Shown: in pieces, positions 51,114 through 62,740 of the stretch
How positions within the stretch are numbered: position 1 is the first letter of the stretch
How the letters are laid out: every line of letters begins with the position of its first letter
Origin: Mobula hypostoma
Lineage: Eukaryota
DNA: 64,000 bases
Assembly: GCF_963921235.1 (NCBI RefSeq)
Contig: NC_086108.1
Coordinates: 98,086,001-98,150,000, forward strand
Reading direction: 5' to 3'
Program-made: the position numbers and the translations under genes
The notes under the pieces: generated by a model
What the model saw: only the letters and a program-made list of their open reading frames with translations
The model's database searches: none
Told to the model about the DNA's origin: nothing

Positions 51114-51611
51114 AGGTTTTATGGACTTTAAAAATTAAAAGTTCTTCCCGGGTGATCCAGTTTCTTCCCACAGTACAAAGACTGTGGTTAAAACGGTTTG
51201 GTTAATTGGTCATTGCAAATTGCCCCATGGTTAGGTTAGGGTTAGTCGGAGTTGTGGGGTTGCTGGGGCAGTAGGGCTCGAGGGGACAGAAGGGCCTACT
51301 CCACACTGTATTGCTAAATAAATACTTAAAGCATTTTGCAAATAAATGTCCACTTCAATGGCACATTCACAAACATGCTCAGGATTTAGAAAAAAAATAT
51401 AGAAAAAGGTAAATAAAAAGTCATTTGAATTGGTTTGACCTTTAATCTCAGAATCTTAGAAACAAGAACATTTTGATTAAGTACATGAATAGGAGGGAGA
51501 TGGAGGGCTATGGTCTCTGTGTGGGTTGATTGGACTAGGCAGAATATCGGTTCAGCATGGACCAGATGGGCTGAAGGGCTTGCTTCCGTTCTATAGGGCT
51601 CTACGACATGA

Positions 51612-52150
51612 TACTCAGTAGTCATGTTATTAGGCACACCTGCACAACTGTTCATTAATGCAAATATCTAATTAGCCAATCATGTATGAGCAAGTCAATG
51701 CACAAAAGCATGCAGACATGGCCAAGAGGTTCAGTTGTTGCTCAGAGCAAACATCAGAATGGAGAAGAAATGTGATCTAAGTGACTTGGACTATGGGATG
51801 TTTGGTGGGTTGAGGATCTCAGAAACTGCTGATTTCCTGGGATTTTCATGCCCAACTATCTCTGGAGTTTACAGAGAATGGTGGGAAAAACAAAAAACAT
51901 CCATGAGTGGATGAGTGGCAGCACTGTGGGTGAAAGTGCCTTGTTAATGAGAGGGGTCAGAGGAGAATGGCCAGGCTGGTTCAAGCTGACAAGGTGACAG
52001 GAACTCAAATAACCATGCATTACAACAGTGAGGGGCAGAAGAGCATCTCTGAATGCACAGCACATCAAACTGAAGTGAATGGGCTAAACAGCAGAAGACC
52101 ACAAACATACACTCTGTGGCCAGCTGTACCTAATAAGGTGGCCACGAGTG
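51612..52150 (+). mobile_element. Non-autonomous Tc1-like element, same family as 42677-43183 in the opposite orientation
   Basis: Termini tactcagtagtcatgttattagg and cctaataaggtggccacgagtg-TA; shared internal sequence (gagaatggccaggctggttcaagctgac). Confidence 0.8.
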
Positions 52151-53049
52151 TATTTTTCATCAAAAAATAAAGTTTCTTTTTGAAAGTGAAAGATTCCCTC
52201 CACTAAATCCTACAAGCTATTTCCATTATAATGGGACCTACATGTGAAAGCATTGGAAAGGGAACTGTAGCAATAGTCAAAGCAGGTTCCAAGGTTTCAT
52301 GGACCTCAAAAGTTAAAGCAGATCGCAAACTAAATGTCCATCTCAATGTGAAAGTTCCATTCACAGGTGTCGTAGAGAAAATTATGTAGAAAAAGGTAAA
52401 TAAACAGTCATTTGAATTAACTTGACTTTTAAACTCAGAATTATAGAAGCAAGAAAAGTTTTGATAAGTGCATGGATGAGAGGAGTCTGGGTGGCTATGG
52501 TCCATGTGTGGGTTGCTGAGACTGGGCAGAATATCAGTTTGGCATGGAACAGATGGGCTGAAGGGCCTGTTTCAGTGCTGTGGTGTTTTATGACTCTATG
52601 TCAATGTACTATTATCTTGCTGTTCTTGATTTAAAATTAAAGAAGATTAAAAGCAACAAACACAAAATGCTGGAGGGACTCAGCAGGTCAGGCAGCATCT
52701 ACGGAAATGAATAAACAGTCAACTCTTTTAAGGCCACAAAATGCTGGAGGAACTCAGCGGGTCAGGCAACATCTATGGAAATGAACATATACCTTTATAC
52801 AAGATCACAGTAACAAACAAGTGCTGACTAAATGGGGCAGTGACAAGAATAATGATCAAAAGAGGTGGTACTTCATGAAACAATTTGCAAACTATTGAGT
52901 GTACTGTCATGGTTCAGAAGGTTGGCTCCAGGGTCAGCACGTTTGTGGTATGTTGATTGGGTTCATATGCCCTACAGCTTAGAAGAATGAGCATGTATCT
53001 TATTGAAGCCGGCAACATTCTTTTAGGACTAAATAGAATGAATGCAGAG

Positions 53050-53325
53050 ATGGTGCGGTATCGTAGGGTAGTGGTTGCACAACTCTATACAGTGCCAGCA
53101 ACCCAGGCCCAATTCCTGCTGCTGTCTATAAGGAGTTTGCATGTTCTCCCTGTGACCACATGGGTTTCCTTCCACAGTCCAAAGGCATATCAGTTGGTAG
53201 GTGAATCGGTCACTGCAAATTGTCTCGTGATTAGGCTGGGGTTAAACTGGGAGGGGGGGTGCTTGCTGGGTGGCATAGCTCCACAGGCTAGAAGGGTCTA
53301 TTCCATGCTGTACCTCAATAAAAAA
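53050..53325 (+). mobile_element. V-SINE
   Basis: ggagtttgcatgttctccctgtgaccacatgggtttcc...; ends in ctcaataaaaaaa. Confidence 0.7.
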
Positions 53326-53339
53326 ATTATGTTTCCCGA

Positions 53340-54570
53340 CTGAAAAGTGTGAAGTGATACACTTTGGAAGATTGAACTTGAAGGCAGAGTGCAAAGTTAA
53401 TGGCAAGATTATTAACAGGGTGGACCGACAGTGGGATCTTTGGGTCCACATTTATAGATCCCTCGAAGTTGCCACACAAGTTGATTGGGAGGTTAATAAG
53501 TGTGTTGGTCTTCATTAGTCAGTGTATTGATCTCCATGAGGTAATGTTGCAGTTCTCTCTAACTCTGGTCGGACTACACTTGGAGTGTATTGTGTTCAGT
53601 TCTGGTTGCCTCATTATAGGAAGGATGTGGAAGTTTAAGAGAGGGTGCAGAGGAGATTTACCAGGTTGCTGCCTAGATTAGAGAGCATGTCTTGAGGCAA
53701 TCTAGGGCACTTCTTTTTTTGAAGCGAAGGAAGATGAGAGATAGTTTGATAGAGCTGTATAGATTATGAGAGGCATAGACAGAGTGGAATGCCAGCATTT
53801 TTTAACGCAGGCTGGCAATGGCCAGCACCAATGGACTTCTGTTTAATATGAGCGAAGGAGAGTTTAGGGGAGATTTGTGAGGTAGGTTTATGTTTTTTTA
53901 CAGTTAGTGGAAGATGTTTGGAATGCACTGCCAGGGTTAGTAATAGAGGCTGATACAATAGATACATTTAAGAGACTCTTAGATAGGCACATGGACGGAA
54001 GAAAAATGGAGAGGTATGGGCTACATAGGCGGGGAAGGTTAGATTAATATTGGAGGAGGTTTATATAGGTCAGCACAACAGCGAGGACCGAACAGCCTGT
54101 ACTGTGTTGTGCCGTTAGAGCCATAGGAAACTGCAGCACAGAAACAGGCTCTTTGGCCATTTAGTCTGTGCCAAACCACTTAAACTGCCTACTCCCATCA
54201 CCTTGTACCAGAACCATAGCCCTCCATATCTCTACTATCCAAACTTCTCTTAAATGTTAAAATCGAGCTCACATGCACCACTTACACTGGCAACTTGTTC
54301 CACACTCTCACAACCCTCTAAGTGAAGAAGTTTCCCCTCATGTTCCCCTTAAACTTTTCACGTTTCCTCCTTACCCCATGACCTTTGGTTGTAGTCCCAC
54401 CCAACTTCAGTGGAAAAAGCCTGCTTGCATTTAATCTATCTATACCCTTCATAATTTTGTATACCTCTGTCAAATCCCCTCTTAATCTTCTATATTCCAA
54501 TTAATAAACTCCTAACCTATTCAATCTTTCCTTATTACTAAGGTCCTCCAAGTCCTGGCACCATTCTTGA
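53340..54570. mobile_element. Two tail-to-tail CR1 3' fragments (plus strand about 53340-54110; minus strand about 54115-54570)
   Basis: Plus strand reads 'LVGLHLEC'; minus strand reads 'EYRRLRGDLTEVYKIMKGIDR'. The CR1 tails converge near 54110. Confidence 0.75.
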
Positions 54571-55894
54571 GAATTTAATGTTCTATGATTTATGTTCTTG
54601 TTAATACTTGCTTTAAATGGTGGAATTTTAAAATGGAACAAAATCTTCACAATACTGAGAAAAATGTCATTTCAAGCACTTTTGATTAGATCACACTTCT
54701 GGGCAACCCCTAAATTGGGTATAGACAATGTCAAGTCTGTGGATTCAAAAACTTGGATTTAACCTGGTTTAATTCATTAATTATAGCATCACATCTGCAC
54801 CAGAGGGCAGTCATGTCCCATGCAACAACATCGTTTAAGCGAATGAACATGAGGCGCCTTTATCATATTCTGAAACCACAATGCCTGTTACAAGTTAACA
54901 GTGCATCGCCATTTTGAGCACCAAATTTTGCCTTAAAACCAACAAGGCAGCAAAATTAAACAACACTATATTAAAGGAATATTGGCTTTGAAAAACAAAC
55001 CCTGAAATGATACAGACAGGCATGTGAGATGGAGACCAGCATTTTTCAAGTCACTTATGTCATAAGTTATTGTGTCAGAGTTGTTACAAAATACATGTTT
55101 CAGGCAACCGTGAAGAATCTCTGCAGCAGCAAAATTAACAAAATACATTTTACAATACAGAACAGTGATTAAGTAGATTAACATTTTAATAGATTTACAC
55201 TCAGATTATTAAAAGAAGCTTCAGAAAAATAGAATGCATTTGCATAATTAAAATTGCTAATGTTATACACATAAAATGTATTTTGTCCGTACTGCTCATT
55301 TTAACACAGTTTTAAAAGTCACTGCTATTCAATTTACACTGGGAAATAAATCTTGGAACTGAAGTTGGACATTCTACATTTTCCCATCTTTGATCCACAA
55401 TCGCCTGCTGAGTAGCACAGAGTTAAAAGTTGTCAAGATGATGCTGTCTTGTACGTGGCATGTTAAGATGAACTCATCCATCCGTTAATGTGTACTGGAA
55501 TGCGAAGTACTTAACCCAGCATTCATATATATGTCTCCTTCCAACCCAAAAGTCAAAATTTCTCAGCATCGTTACCAACTGACAGGGAAAATTTTCGGTG
55601 CTTGAAAACTTAATTTTGTATTCATCGCATATGGCAGAGATAGAACTGGACCTTGATAACTGCAACAGAGGAATTCCACGTCCACTCACAGCATCATCAA
55701 CTGTTCACAAAGTTCCCCGGCCAACCTATGAGAGGAAACTTTGAGCATGTTTTCATTCAAACCCTGGAGCTGATTCTGACAAGAGGGATGGAATCATTGA
55801 GTGCAAGATAAACAGTATTCCCTCGCACAATATTTTCATCCAATTTAATCATTTTCAAGATTCAAGTTTTCTTAATTACAGCACACCTGGAGTT

Positions 55895-56118
55895 TCACAA
55901 AAAAGAGAAAGTCCACAGATGCTGGAAACCCAAAGCAACATGCACACAGAATGCTGGAGGAACTCAGCAGGTCAAATGGCATCTGTGGGAAAGAGTAAAC
56001 GGTTGATGTTTCAGGCCCAGACCTTTCATCAAGTGTCCAGGCCTGAAACGTTAACTGTTTACTCTTCTGCTTAGATGCTGCCTGACCTGCTGAGTTCCTC
56101 CAGCATTTTGTGTGTTAC
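55895..56118. mobile_element. Palindromic Penelope-type element
   Basis: Inverted arms aatgctggaggaactcagcaggtca / tgacctgctgagttcctccagcatt; minus-strand UUGAUGA-A-AGGUCUGGGCCU-GAAA-CAUC at 56005-56032. Confidence 0.7.
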
Positions 56119-57022
56119 ACCGGCAGTTTAATGTCTTCTGGCCTTGAGACAGCTGTGTGCAAGTGATAGTCTACAGAGAAGTTTGGGGCGTATCCAGATA
56201 ACTGTGAATGTTTGAAAAGGAAAAGGGCAAATTGGTAGAGTCACATGACCAGTTCTGATAGCGGGGCACGTTTTGAGTACTATAATTCATTTCTGTAGAA
56301 GCTGACACACTAATTGCTTTATTTTTATTTTACACTGGAGACTTTTCCCCCTCATTCAACAGCACTGATATAATCTATTTAAGGATTGCATCATGCTTGT
56401 TGCCTTAAGAATCCTTGCAGTGAACTTTTCAACTGTCAGTGGCGTGTGTGCATTATAAAATACACTCATTGGCTGTGAAGCATTTTGAGATACCCTGAAG
56501 ACATGAAACAGGCTGTAAACTGTCAAACTGCTAACAGGCTGTATACTGTAAATACTGTCTCTTTGTACACCACAGCTCTGAAGTATTGCAGGAGGATCGG
56601 GGGTATGTACAGCTTCAAGTGACTCTTCCATCTCTACATCCTTGTCTTGACACAATCAACCCTTTACTGAAGACTTCTTGCACATTGCTCATAGAGTCAC
56701 TGTAGTAGGCTTCCATAAATTTTGAGTGGTGATTGACTGTGCAATTCTAAGAAGCAGAGGTATGGTGAGGTCACCCTTACGCACATGAACCACTCCACTT
56801 GGATGATGATGACATACTCATATCATGTTCTTTTTCTCAAGAAGATGTGAACTACGACTCTCAGTTTTGTTGTTATTTGGGATCTTCCTCTGAAGAGTAT
56901 TTTTCATTGAATAAACAGACAACTCAGGTTAGGCTATCTATTAGGTATTGATATTTCCGGATTCAAATGTATTTTGGGCAAATACCAGTGCCTCTAAATT
57001 TAATGGGTCGCATGCCAACTTA

Positions 57023-57342
57023 TGAGGGTGATTGATAAGTTTGTGGCCTAAGGTAGAAGGAGATGAGTTATTAACTTCAAACCTTCTGCATATTCACTCA
57101 AAGCATTGAACTGCATGTGCATGTAACGAGAGCTGTATAACTTATCTCCTTCTACCTTAGGCCACGAACTTATCAATCACCCCTGCTGTGGACACTTTCT
57201 GGAGGTCCAAGATCCGTATGCTCCACGACTGCTGGACTAAGTGTGTAAATGTAGGAGGGGACTATGTTGAAAAATAAATGTGCTAGGTTTTCTAAGATTG
57301 ACTCCTTCTACCTTAGGCCACGAACTTATCAATCACCCCACG
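57023..57342 (+). mobile_element. Mariner-derived MITE
   Basis: TA-flanked TIRs of about 40 bp (gggtgattgataagtttgtggcctaaggtagaaggag). Retains the transposase C-terminal tip WTKCVNVGGDYVEK*. Confidence 0.85.
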
Positions 57343-57498
57343 TAAAATATCTTGTCCTAGCCAGGAGAGATGTTTCTATGTTTCTATAACATGGTACAAT
57401 TTCAGGTCTTTGTTATAGGACAGATGCAAATATTGATAGTCCTGGAGGACTGCCAAGACACATGCCAGAGCAAAACATTTAGAGAGCATCCCTTGAAC

Positions 57499-57580
57499 TA
57501 GGGGTTTCCAACCTTTTTTATGCCATGTACTCCTAACCATTAACCCAAAGGTCTGGGAACACTAGGTTGGGGAACTCCTG
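57499..57580. mobile_element. Small hAT-type MITE
   Basis: Termini taggggtttccaacct and aggttggggaactcctg; flanks ccttgaac/ccttaccc are only a partial 8-bp match. Confidence 0.55.
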
Positions 57581-59554
57581 CCTTACCCAATGATATCCAC
57601 TCATCAAGGAAAAGGTTAGCGGATACTGCTCACTGTCAGAATGCTCAGGTTCTCCTCGCAGTCTTAGAAATATGTCAATTTTCTTCATTGTTCTTAACCC
57701 TAAATTATGGGACTCTCTGTCTACAGTACTGTGGGAGTATCTTTACCAGAACAACTACAACTGTTTAAGGAGGCAGCACATTGTCAACTACCCAATGGTT
57801 ATAGTCCATAAGACATAGCAGCAGAATCAGGCAGGACATTTGGCTCTTTGATTCTGTTCCAGTATTCAATCATGGCTGATTTATCACCATCATTACCAGA
57901 GTTGAGCAATAAATAAGGAGTCAACCCTTGGGACACAATAAACCACAAGACATATTAGCAGAACTAGGCCATTCAGCCCATCGAGGTTGCTCCGCCATTC
58001 GATTGCAGCTGATTCTCCTGCCTTCTCCCCATAACCTTTGACAATCTTAAAAATTAAATACCCATCAACCTCCACTTTAAATATACCCAATGACTTGGTC
58101 TTCGCAGCTATCTGTGGCAATGAGTTCCTCAGATTCAGTACCTCTGGCTAACAAAATTCCTCCTCATTTCTGTTCTAAAGGGACATACTTCTATTCTGAG
58201 GTTGCGCTCTCTGGTCCTAGACTCCCCCTAGCATTATCTATATCCATGATTTTAAAACATGGGTACAGGTAGATTATGAGCTGAACACGGAAAGGGAAAG
58301 CAGTCAATATTCTTGCTTCCACCTCGGCCCTCAACAAAAAGGGTAACTACACTCACTTGCCCATCCATTGAAATGATGCCACAACCAATGATCTAACTTT
58401 AAGGACTCATTATCGCTTGTTCTCATTATTTATTGCTATTTGTTTATATTTGCATTTGCACAGTTTGTTGTTTTCTGCACTTTTCATTGATCCTGTTATA
58501 GATACTATTCTATGTATTTGCTAAGTATGTCTACAAGAAAATGAATCTCAGAGTTATATATGGTGATCTATACATACTTCAGTAATAAATTTACTTCAGC
58601 TTTGAGCCCTTTCCCCAGGTCACCTACTGCCTGTGGTTGGGAATGAGACTGGTATAATGTGCGACTTCCTTGGGATGCATGGAAGGACTGTGTCGTGCTT
58701 CAGCCAAGGTTTTCGCTTGTGAAAAGTCGACTCCCGAAATGACTGGAGAAGGGATTATTTGCCAATTGAGAGTAGAAAGCAAAGGGAAAGTTACACTCCA
58801 TAAACAAACATATTATAAAAGTCCCTCTCGCTGCAACTGTAATTCCCTCCCTCCCCCACTTCCTTCTTTAATGCAAGTCCCAGCAGCTCAAGAGACTAAT
58901 TACTTCGAGGTAGGTTTGTAGTCTTTTATTTAGAAAGAATTGAAATTGGTGCTAGAAGTTAGAGTCTGTACAATCTATGCACACTGCTTGGAGCCTGGCA
59001 CTCCCCCTCCATAAGTACAAAATAAAGACAGGTATTGTGGTAGCACAGACACATATTTGTGGGTTAATACCTGACAGAGCAATCTTCTGATCAGAACTGT
59101 GCTATTAAAAGAGCATTCAAGGTGCCTGAAGGGAGGTAAACGTCAGGAACCTGAAATACACTGGCACTGCACTTGCAGAGATCCTGTATTGGCTGCCTCT
59201 ACCCCAGAGGTCCATCATTTGGAGAGGGTACAGTGAGAACAATTCATCTACTCTTCAACAGAAACTGCCCCTCCAAATGCTGAGAATAAATTAAAATTAA
59301 ATTCATTTAACCAAGTTACATGAACAAATATTCAGTCGTTGACAGACTTGTATAAGACAACCAGCGACCAACAGTTAATTAATTGGTTACAATTGATTAC
59401 AATGATTTCAGAGCTTTTTCAGGGAATAAAACTATCATTGTTATCTAGTTGCCTTGTTTAAGTACCTTGTTCTATTTAATACATTTTGTTTTTCAAGTTA
59501 ACAAGCAAGCAAACATTCAGTTCCAAAGCTGCGATATATGCTTTGCTCAATACT

Positions 59555-62032
59555 TTATATTCCTGCGCCAAAAGTTGAGTTTGAATTGAAGTCTTGATTG
59601 ATGAGTTCCTTGACTTCAGGTGGCAGTGTATCAAAGAGGTGATCCTCGACAACCAGCCCGCTTTTCTTCAGAAGACGACAGTGGACTAACTCTGCCGGAA
59701 GCCTGTCGAGGCAGTTTCCCTTCACTTCCAGCTGAGTTAACTGCACGAGCTGACAGATCTTGTCCGAAATGGAAGTGATACAGTTTTGCCCCACATTCAA
59801 GGCTCTCAACTTTGTACACTTAAAAAGCTGCTTTGGCAAGAATTCCACTCGGTTCCCCGTCATTGCGAACTGCTGCAAGTTCTGGAGGGAGGCGATCTCG
59901 GCCGGAATGATGGTGATGGAGTTGTGGCTTATGTCCAGCATCCGGAGCTTCTGCAGCGTGAAGAGAGCTGCCGGCAGTGACTCCAGTTTGTTGTGGGAAA
60001 GGTAAAGCAGCTCCAGGTTTTTCACGAGGCTGATGGAGGACGGGATGGTGATGATTTTATTGTGCCATAGCTTCAGGCAGGTCAGACGCTTCAGGTGCTG
60101 GAAGCTGATCACCTCTTCAATGGTGCGAATGTTGTTGGACTTCAAGTCAAGTTCCTGTAGGTTGGACAGACTGAAGATGGCGTGAGGAATGCGTTCTAGC
60201 TCGCAGTTTTGCAGCTCCAGCTCGGTGAGATTGATCATCTTCTTCAAGCTGTTCAATACTAAGAGCTTGGTCCCATCATTGTGAACCAGCAGTGCAGTGA
60301 GGTGGGGAGCAACGTCAGTGATATTTGAAGGGACTTTGGTCAGATTACTCTTCAAGTGCAAGATCTTAAGGTGCTTCAGCTCCCTCAGTGACTCCAGGGC
60401 TATCATCTTGTTGTTTTCCGAGTTTAGGTTACCAACCAGGTGGAGTTCACGTAGGTTTTTAAGCAGGTAGACCCAGGTGGGAATCTCTGCCACGTCGGTG
60501 AACTTAATGTGCAGATACCTAAGGTGGTCCCGGAGGAAACTGAAGGCTGTCTGCTCCACTTTAGCGGGGCAGTGGTAAAGGTGCAGCTCTAGAAGGTTGA
60601 CCATCTGGGAAATCTTGGCAGGAATCTTGGCTTCAGGGATCAGCTCCAACTTCAGTACCTCCAGCTCGGTCACGTCGAACACGGCGTCAGGCACCCCCGA
60701 CAACATGAAGAGGTGGAGCTCCTGTTTCTCCTGAGGGTTGCGGGAGACGTGCTGCTTGAGTTTCTCATAGGTCCATTCGTGGTTCAGACTGAGCTCGCGC
60801 AACTTGTTCTCGCTCACTTCCGACAGGAAAACCCCAAACCGCTTGGAATAAAGTTGGTCGTACTGATCGACCATGTGCAGTAGAAAGGCAAAGTCATTTT
60901 TAACATCTGGAATATCACTAAAGCTACTTTCTTCACGGACTTTTTCAAATGAATATTCCTTTAAAGGCCGCCTGAACAGCCAAAACGAAGTATAAAGGCA
61001 AACTAGTCCATAAACACATATTAGTGTAATGTAACTAATTAGTAATTTCCGTAGCATAAAAGCCATGTTGTGCGTACAGAGAAAATGTGAATATCCAGTC
61101 AAATGCTCTATTTCTGGTTTACAGACATGGTCAAAGCTTATAGAAGTCATAAAAGTAAGTGTATAGCACAAAATAAACATTAATTTCACTGTCTTTATGA
61201 CTGTCTGGACCACATAGAGTTTATATATCAAATCACTGTCTTCCACATGGGCACGGAACTTACGAACTTTCTCAAAAAGGGCTTTGGCCTGCTCCCCATC
61301 TTTCTTGTCCAAAATAGTCATGCTGGGGACCTCAATGACAGGCTTCTCTGTCGAAAATTTGGGTCCAATTCTTGATATCGTGGGTGTACTGGAACTGGGG
61401 CTTTCTTCTTCACTGCCGGTTGACAAATGCTTTGCAACCGAGGTCTTAAAGAGTTGCTTGTTCTCCTCTGAGTCCTCACACGCTGTTTCGGAGAGCGCTT
61501 TAGTAGTCCAAGGAGACTCGAAGCACTTTCCTAGTATAGAAACAAAATGTTCGATCTTTGAACTGGTTTTGGGGTACTTGAACCAGAAGTTGCTGCTGAC
61601 CATAAGGATGAGTGTATGAATCAGTGCAAGGTAGGGAAAATACTTAGAATACCAAGGCAAGGCCACGTGATAGCACATCTGATTGATGAAGATATATTGC
61701 TGGTACTCCAGGTTAGTTGGCCGGCCGGAGTTTAGGGGGGATTTTGGGGTGGAGCCTGCAGGTGTCGTAGATGGAAAGGAGGTACTCGGAGAGATGGTGT
61801 TCCCGACATTGGAATTCGGAGATGTTGTTGTTGGACTTCCACCTTCTGGAAACTGGGAGAAATCAGGAAGACATACAACTTGATCTTTGGTTAGCTGCAT
61901 GGTGCCTGCAAAAATAGCAACCATCAGCATTACGATGGCTAAGTAGTCCATGAACACATCCCACCATGGCTTCAGGATTCGATAAGTTGCCTGGATATCA
62001 TTGAGGGATGCAACTTCTGTGAGGGTAAACAT
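59555..62032 (-). CDS. LRRC8D: Volume-regulated anion channel subunit LRRC8D, 825 aa, single coding exon
   Basis: MFTLTEVASLNDIQATYRILKPWWDVFMDYL...GTMQLTKDQVVCLP, ETACEDSEENKQ, LDKKDGEQAKALFEKVRKFRAHVEDSD and the C-terminal VEDHLFDTLP are characteristic of LRRC8D. Acceptor ttacag|GA-ATG; the upstream non-coding exons were not located. Confidence 0.97.
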   Translation of the reverse strand: MFTLTEVASLNDIQATYRILKPWWDVFMDYLAIVMLMVAIFAGTMQLTKDQVVCLPDFSQFPEGGSPTTTSPNSNVGNTISPSTSFPSTTPAGSTPKSPLNSGRPTNLEYQQYIFINQMCYHVALPWYSKYFPYLALIHTLILMVSSNFWFKYPKTSSKIEHFVSILGKCFESPWTTKALSETACEDSEENKQLFKTSVAKHLSTGSEEESPSSSTPTISRIGPKFSTEKPVIEVPSMTILDKKDGEQAKALFEKVRKFRAHVEDSDLIYKLYVVQTVIKTVKLMFILCYTLTFMTSISFDHVCKPEIEHLTGYSHFLCTHNMAFMLRKLLISYITLICVYGLVCLYTSFWLFRRPLKEYSFEKVREESSFSDIPDVKNDFAFLLHMVDQYDQLYSKRFGVFLSEVSENKLRELSLNHEWTYEKLKQHVSRNPQEKQELHLFMLSGVPDAVFDVTELEVLKLELIPEAKIPAKISQMVNLLELHLYHCPAKVEQTAFSFLRDHLRYLHIKFTDVAEIPTWVYLLKNLRELHLVGNLNSENNKMIALESLRELKHLKILHLKSNLTKVPSNITDVAPHLTALLVHNDGTKLLVLNSLKKMINLTELELQNCELERIPHAIFSLSNLQELDLKSNNIRTIEEVISFQHLKRLTCLKLWHNKIITIPSSISLVKNLELLYLSHNKLESLPAALFTLQKLRMLDISHNSITIIPAEIASLQNLQQFAMTGNRVEFLPKQLFKCTKLRALNVGQNCITSISDKICQLVQLTQLEVKGNCLDRLPAELVHCRLLKKSGLVVEDHLFDTLPPEVKELINQDFNSNSTFGAGI

Positions 62033-62414
62033 TCCTGTAAAATAGAAGAAAGGTAATTACAAATGGAGCAAGTGGAAGTTATTTCTGAAAGTCAGCCTAT
62101 TCCATCCTCACAGTTTACAGAATATTTGTATCATTCAGAAGCAAGGCAGAAGGTATATGCACTGTAGATCAGAGGAATGAGAGATGATCTTAATGAAACG
62201 TAAAATTCCACGGGAGCAGGGGAAGACAGAGCTCGACTCAGCAGAAGCTGAGAAAATGTCAGCCTTTGCAGGATTCTCAAAACTAGGGGACTATCCTTCA
62301 AAGGTTGTCGATTTAAGAAGCAGATGAGGAAATATTTCCTCAGTTTCTGAATGTTTGAAATGCCCTACACCAGTGACTGGAATCACTCAATACATTTAAA
62401 GATAAAATAAACCA

Positions 62415-62740
62415 TAAGGTATAGGTGCATTCTTAGGGTCATTTGGCCCATCGAGTCTGCTCTGCCTTTCCATGAGGGCTGATTTTTTAACCCTTTGAAT
62501 CCATTCTCCAGGTTTCTCCCCTTAACTCTTGCTAACCAAGAACCCATTAGTATCCACTTTAAATATACCCAATGACTTAGCCTTTACAGCCACCCGTGGC
62601 AATGAATTCCACAGATTTACCACCTTCCGGCTAAAAGAAAATCCTCATTTCTGTTCTAAAGGGCATCCTTGTATTCTGAGGCTGTGCCCTCTGGTCGTAG
62701 ACTCCCCCCAATTGGAAACATCCTCCCAACATCCATTCTA
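62415..62740 (-). mobile_element. CR1 3' end in the LRRC8D upstream intron
   Basis: catttggcccatcgagtctgctctgcc tail and ggcaatgaattccacagatttaccac. Confidence 0.7.
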
